A stretch of DNA of 64,000 nt from Octopus vulgaris (taxonomy: Eukaryota): positions 91,326,001-91,390,000 of the forward strand of contig OX597824.1 of NCBI GenBank assembly GCA_951406725.2, read 5' to 3'. Numbering within the stretch: the first letter of the stretch is position 1; each line of letters begins with the position of its first letter. Made by a program: the position numbers and the translations under genes. Under the pieces are notes generated by a model. The model was not told the DNA's origin and searched no databases. It worked only from the letters and a program-made list of their open reading frames with translations. Positions 57,008-64,000 of this stretch are shown piece after piece.

Positions 57008-57144
57008 GTGTGTATGTGTGTGTGTGTGTTTCTGTGTGTCTATACTAAACAACCTTGAACTATTTATTAATAAATACGCAAAATGGAAAGTAATTAAAAG
57101 ATCAAGTTACATTATCTTTATGTACATATAAATACATACATATA

Positions 57145-57193
<49 letters not shown>

Positions 57194-57284
57194 CACACAC
57201 ATTTACACACACACACACACATACACACACTCATACACACACACACAAATATATGCATCTATCCATTTCTCTCTCTCTCTCTCC

Positions 57285-57326
<42 letters not shown>

Positions 57327-57377
57327 GCATATATATATCCATAAACATATACATACACACATGTATGTGTGTGTGTG

Positions 57378-58206
<829 letters not shown>

Positions 58207-58212
58207 TATATA

Positions 58213-58512
58213 GATCTCGTGATCACGTGATCGACTTGACTATCGAGTGTTGTTATACATCGCTGGTCACGATGTGCTTCGTATAGTCTTTAGCTTTCGA
58301 CTGATGCCATCCCGTTAGCCAGGCAACTAGGCCAACATTCCCCTCTAAACTGGACGCCAGCCCGTCCCGAGGTGTGTAGGGGGTACCCATTTACAGCCGA
58401 ATGGACTGGAGCTATGTGAAATGGTGTGTTCTACCCAATAACATAATGCACCGCTCGTTTCAGCAATCGAACCCATGATTTGGTGATTGTGAGTGAAACT
58501 AGGATACGCGCC
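58213..58512 (-). mobile_element. tRNA-derived SINE with Meta-like body and family C-like 3' tail
   Basis: Minus strand GGTTCGATTGC B box, GCTCCAGTCCATTCGGCTGTAAATGGGTACC body, tail GTGACCAGCGATGT.TAACAACA...GATCACGTGATCACG. Confidence 0.65.
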
Positions 58513-58523
58513 TTCACACACAG

Positions 58524-58583
<60 letters not shown>

Positions 58584-58679
58584 ACACACACACACACATA
58601 CACATACACACTAGTTTCTATATCCTCTCATATATACATTGCAACACACACACATACATACACACACATACACATACAC

Positions 58680-58718
<39 letters not shown>

Positions 58719-58963
58719 TACACATACACATACACAAGTTTATATAGCCTCTCATATACACATTGCAGCATATACACATTGCAGCACACACAAACACACA
58801 CACACACGCACACACACACACACACGCATACACATACACACTAGTTTATATATCCTCTCATATACACATTGCAACACACACACATACACACACAAATATA
58901 GATGTTTAAATTTATATATTTATGTATTTATATATGTGTCTGTATGTGCGTGCTTGCGTGTGG

Positions 58964-59034
<71 letters not shown>

Positions 59035-59459
59035 GATGGTGACCTTATTTGTCATCCCATCTGCTGACATGAAAGTCCTATGGCGATAGAAGAGTGATGA
59101 CGTGTGCAGACCTAATCAATTGGAAGCGCACAGCGGGTTACAACTTTCGTCTGTCACCTAGGTTTCAAACTATGCTGATATGCAAAGGGACCGAATAGTC
59201 ATCTGAAGGGTCATGGACGGAAAGTCAAAAATTCCATTGACAACGAGGAGTGTACGCATATATATACATATATATACGTATGTATGTATGTATGTATGTA
59301 TGTATGTATGTATGTATGTATGTATGTATGTATGTATGTGTGTATATATGTATGTATGTATGTATGTATGTACATTTGCATGCATGTATGCATGTGTGTG
59401 TGTACATATATATGTGTGTGTTTGCATATATATGTGTGTGTGTGTTTCTGCTTATATTA

Positions 59460-59856
59460 GTGGCTCTGTGGTAAGTAGCTTGCTTACAAACCACATGGTT
59501 CCGGGTTCAGTTCCACTACGTGGCACCTTGTGCAAATGTCTTCTACTATAGACTCAGACCGACCAAAGCTTTGTGAATGGATTTGGCAGACGGAAACTGA
59601 AAGAAGCTCGTCGTATGTATGTATATATATGCATATGTGTGTATATGTTTGTGTGTCTGTTTGTTCCCCCAACATCGCTTGACAACCGATGCTGGTATGT
59701 TTACGTCCCCGTAACTTAGCGGTTCGGCAAAAGAAACCGATAGAATAAGTACTAGGCTTACTAACAATAAGTCCTAGGGGCGATTTGCTCGACTAAGGGA
59801 GGTGCTCCAGCATGCCCACAGTCAAATGACTGAAACAAGTAAAAGAGTAAAAAGAG
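59460..59856 (+). mobile_element. SINE family A
   Basis: Matches 29202-29604. Confidence 0.9.
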
Positions 59857-59875
59857 CATATATACACACATACAC

Positions 59876-59918
<43 letters not shown>

Positions 59919-60263
59919 TACATCCATATATATATATACACGCATATATATTTACATACATACATATATACATGCGTGTATGTGTGTGTGTGACATATGC
60001 ATCTACAAATACATACACACATACACATACACACACAGCACAACACATCATTAGATATATAAGCAGGCGAAACGCACATATAGACGCTCTCACATACAAA
60101 CGAAACAGTGAACGTCCTTTAGGACAAAAGAAACCACAAATTCATTGAATGAGATGAACTCAATGTGATTTTATAATGGGAAAATGTAAAAATATAACGT
60201 ACTGAAGCTAAGCTACAACTTGCTTGCAGTTGCTACTCTATAGAACACTGCCTGCTGTGGAGA

Positions 60264-60309
<46 letters not shown>

Positions 60310-60412
60310 CTATAGAGAGAATTTACAAACAAAAAACAAAGAGCAAAAGACGAAGTCGGGTGTGTAAACAACAAACAGATGCATGAGTTTAACGCTCGGG
60401 AAGTGAAAAAGA

Positions 60413-60448
60413 CTTTTACGTTTCGAGCCTACGCTCTTCAGCAGAAAG
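60413..60448 (-). ncRNA. Minimal HHR-like motif, GAGC family
   Basis: CTTT-CTGCTGA-A-GAGC GTAG GCTC-GAAAC-GTA-AAAG, within repeat of about 60313-60520. Confidence 0.55.
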
Positions 60449-60876
60449 GAACACAGAAATAAACAGGGAGAGAAAATAAAAAAACAAAGGTTTAGTGGCT
60501 GGCGATCTCTCATGGCGAATGCCGGACAGAGTGGGTCACAGGCAAAGCTAAAGTATATATATATTTATATTTGGGACAGCTGATGATGGAGGTGTGTTGT
60601 ATGGCTGATATGGCTGTTATTGTATGTGCGGAATAGTTTTATAAGACATCCATTTGATATATATATATATATATATATATATCAGTGTATATGTATGTAT
60701 ATATACATACCACGAAATTTTGTCAGTGAACAGGTCGCGGTTTCAAAGCGACGAAAATATTTTGACACAAATTAAATTTTTATGTTGAGGTGAATCTAAC
60801 GGTTTGTGTGTATTTTTAAATGGCTTATAATACACCTTCCACGCTGCAATTGTATATGTGTGTGTGTGTGTGAGTC

Positions 60877-60919
<43 letters not shown>

Positions 60920-61054
60920 ATGTGTGTATGGATGTATGTATGTATATATATATATATAGTTAATCCCAAACATGAACAAAGAGAAAACACAACGCGAGGA
61001 CGTGGAACAAGTATAGTGTTATTGGACGCTCAGGAAAGGAAAGAAAGAAGGAGG

Positions 61055-61089
61055 ATTTAACGTTTCGAGCGGAGCTCTTCGTCAGAAAC
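61055..61089 (-). ncRNA. Minimal type I HHR with canonical core
   Basis: GTTT-CTGACGA-A-GAGC TCC GCTC-GAAAC-GTT-AAAT. Confidence 0.7.
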
Positions 61090-61168
61090 ATAGAAAAAAG
61101 GAAAGGTCCAAGGAAGGGAAGACGGAGGAAAAAAAATCGCTAACGATACACAACGGTCACATATTGAA

Positions 61169-61278
<110 letters not shown>

Positions 61279-61521
61279 TTAAACACATGCATATTACTAC
61301 CTGAAAGAGGCTGGTGCATGACGTCACACCTTTTCGCTCCTTCCATTCTTGTTCTTTCTCCAAACATTTTTGTATATCTCTTTACTTCACTCTCTCTTCA
61401 CCTTTTTTTCATTTCCTCCCACTCTTTCCTTCTTACATCTTCGCTCTGCACTCCCTCCCACCTCTTTCTCTCTCTCTCTCTCTCTTTCGTTAAATCTCCT
61501 TCTCTCCCTTTCTTCTTTGTA

Positions 61522-61553
<32 letters not shown>

Positions 61554-61990
61554 GCACGCACGCTGTGAAAAGCAGTGATAAAATAATGTTTAAAAGGCAA
61601 TGCGCTGTTATCTAATCATTTCGTGTTTCCTGAAATAAAATATATTTAATGATAGTTCATTATGTTGCTACCGTTCGTACGCATGTGGATGCTGCCTACG
61701 TACGTCTGTGTGTGCACGCGAGAGAGTATGTGTGGTGTGTGTTTGGAGTTGGTGAGTATGTATCCTTGAAGGTGAGGACTGGCGTAATATGTGTATACAG
61801 GTGTAAATGCATACATATACATGTAGATGCAGATCTACATACACACATATATATAGGGATACGCAAACGCACACATACATATATGTATATTCGTATAAAT
61901 ACAAACATGCGTTCTGCATACATATTATGTATATGTGAATACACACACACATAAATATGATATATATATATATATATGCATATATATATA

Positions 61991-62195
<205 letters not shown>

Positions 62196-62426
62196 CCATA
62201 AATAAATAGATAGATCGATAGATAGATAGATAGATAGATAGATAGACAGACAAACAAATAGACACAACACACACATATAGATAGACAGACAAACATGGAG
62301 GTTAAATAAGGAATTGGTTATAGGAAAGCGTGATTTTAATGAAAAGAAACTCGGCGGAAAGTCTGGGAAAATATTCGAAGAATAAAGAAACATGAGGATA
62401 GAAAAAGAGAATCAATAAATAGATAA

Positions 62427-62773
62427 ACAAGAGCACTCAGAAGGCGCAAACCTCCACCAAAGCAACACCAATGTCCTCTCAACGATTAGCCAAAGATGAT
62501 TTTTAAAATGAGAATATCTGAAATAAATTCGACAGCTCTCACAAACGAGAATATTAAAAATGAACCCGACCGCCATAAAAAATTAAGTAAAAAAATTGGA
62601 AAAATAATCCAGAATCTTTGTCCGGTACCGGATCGATCCCAAAATCTAATCAGTTCGTGCCTGTTATTAGGCCAAACATCTCTGAAAGTCTCATCCGAAT
62701 ATATCCAGCGGTTCTTAAGATATCTTGTCCATGGGTAAACAAACAAACAGTCGCTGAGACTGAGGTAATAAAT
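62427..62773 (+). mobile_element. Probable Helentron-associated (DINE-1-like) non-autonomous element
   Basis: AACAAGAG start, ACCTCCACCAA subterminal motif, AGATATCTTG...(ACAA)n, GAGGTAATAA end; 3' hairpin appears deleted. Recognition from memory. Confidence 0.5.
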
Positions 62774-62808
62774 AAACAAAATGGCAGTAAGGAAAATTGA
62801 AATACGTA

Positions 62809-62869
<61 letters not shown>

Positions 62870-62882
62870 ATGTATGCAGGCA

Positions 62883-63052
62883 TACTCTTTACTCTTTTAC
62901 TTGTTTCAGTCATTTGACTGCGGCCATGCTGGAGCACCGCCTTTAGTCGAGCAAATCGACCCCAGGACTTATTCTTTGTAAGCCCAGTACTTATTCTATC
63001 GGTTTCTTTTGCGGAACCGCTAAGTGACGGGGTCAAACACAGACACGCAAAC

Positions 63053-63141
<89 letters not shown>

Positions 63142-63312
63142 CATATATACGACGAGCTTCTTTCAGTTTTTGTCTACCAAATCCACTCACAAGACTTTGG
63201 TCGGCCCGAGGCTATAGTAGAAGACACTTGCCCAAGGTGCCACGCAGTGGGACTGAACCCGGAACCATGTGGTTGGTAAACAAGCTACTTACCACACAGC
63301 CACTCCTGCGCC
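62883..63312 (-). mobile_element. SINE family A with internal deletion
   Basis: Reverse complement of family A head and tail with expanded (CA)/(TA). Confidence 0.9.
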
Positions 63313-63748
63313 TATACATGGATACATTTATGCATATAAGTAGTTACAAACATTCACATACCACACACACACTCATATTTATATACTCACACACAGAGGG
63401 AAAACCAGAAAGAGTACAAGAAAGAGGCGGGAGAGAGGGAAAGAGGGAGAAGGGTATTGGACTGGAATGTACCTGTCGGCACCAAACTTGGTAAAATACG
63501 AAGACCCAAAACGTAGCCAGGAGGACAAACTGATAAAAGCGGAAGTGAAAAGCGTTACGCAGTCGATAAAGCGATGATAAACTTCCGGTTATCTGTTAAC
63601 GTTATCTTAGTGAGATTATGTCGTGTTACAATAACGAAATAATCGAGATATTTAGGAGGTTGGTAGATGATTTCACATTCACGTAACCGAAAGCATCCAC
63701 AGAAGTCGGACATTAATACACACACACAGGCACGCATATATACACATG

Positions 63749-63791
<43 letters not shown>

Positions 63792-63967
63792 CCATTCATA
63801 TATATATATATGTATGTATATATATATATATACACTTATATATATATACTCATATATACTCATATATATATATATATATATATATGCTTATATACATGTG
63901 TGTATATATAAGTGAATATAACTATATGCATATGTGTGTGTGTGCATGCGCGCACATACCACACACG

Positions 63968-64000
<33 letters not shown>

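Noticed and set aside
58610-58890. Three copies of AGTTT..ATA..CCTCTCATATA.ACATTGCA in a (CA)n background
   Set aside because: Local block duplication within a microsatellite; no sign of function.

Overview
Eukaryotic, AT-rich, extremely microsatellite-dense DNA. The repeat complement (several tRNA-derived SINE families plus huge TA/CA/AAT/GAT/GAAA tracts) looks like an octopus (coleoid cephalopod) genome; this is inferred from repeat style only. No host protein-coding gene, rRNA, intact tRNA or CRISPR array is supported, and nearly all ORFs in the track are translated microsatellites. Recognisable parts: tRNA-derived SINEs, RTE LINE remnants, restriction-like-endonuclease (R4/Dong-type) LINE fragments next to microsatellites, non-autonomous Tc1/mariner and Helitron-type elements, and an 86-bp higher-order satellite. 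The main unexplained signal is about a dozen hammerhead-ribozyme (HHR) motifs in at least four repeat families. The strongest are two sequence-divergent but structurally matching 300-350 nt elements (43328-43806 and 54231-54536, plus a fragment at 1503-1580), each with a type I HHR at the tip of a 130-142 nt rod flanked by conserved hairpins; they look like retrozyme/circular-RNA-type retroelements. A second notable family joins a tRNA-like Pol III head, an (AAT)n tract and an HHR. All structures were paired by eye and need computational and experimental confirmation.
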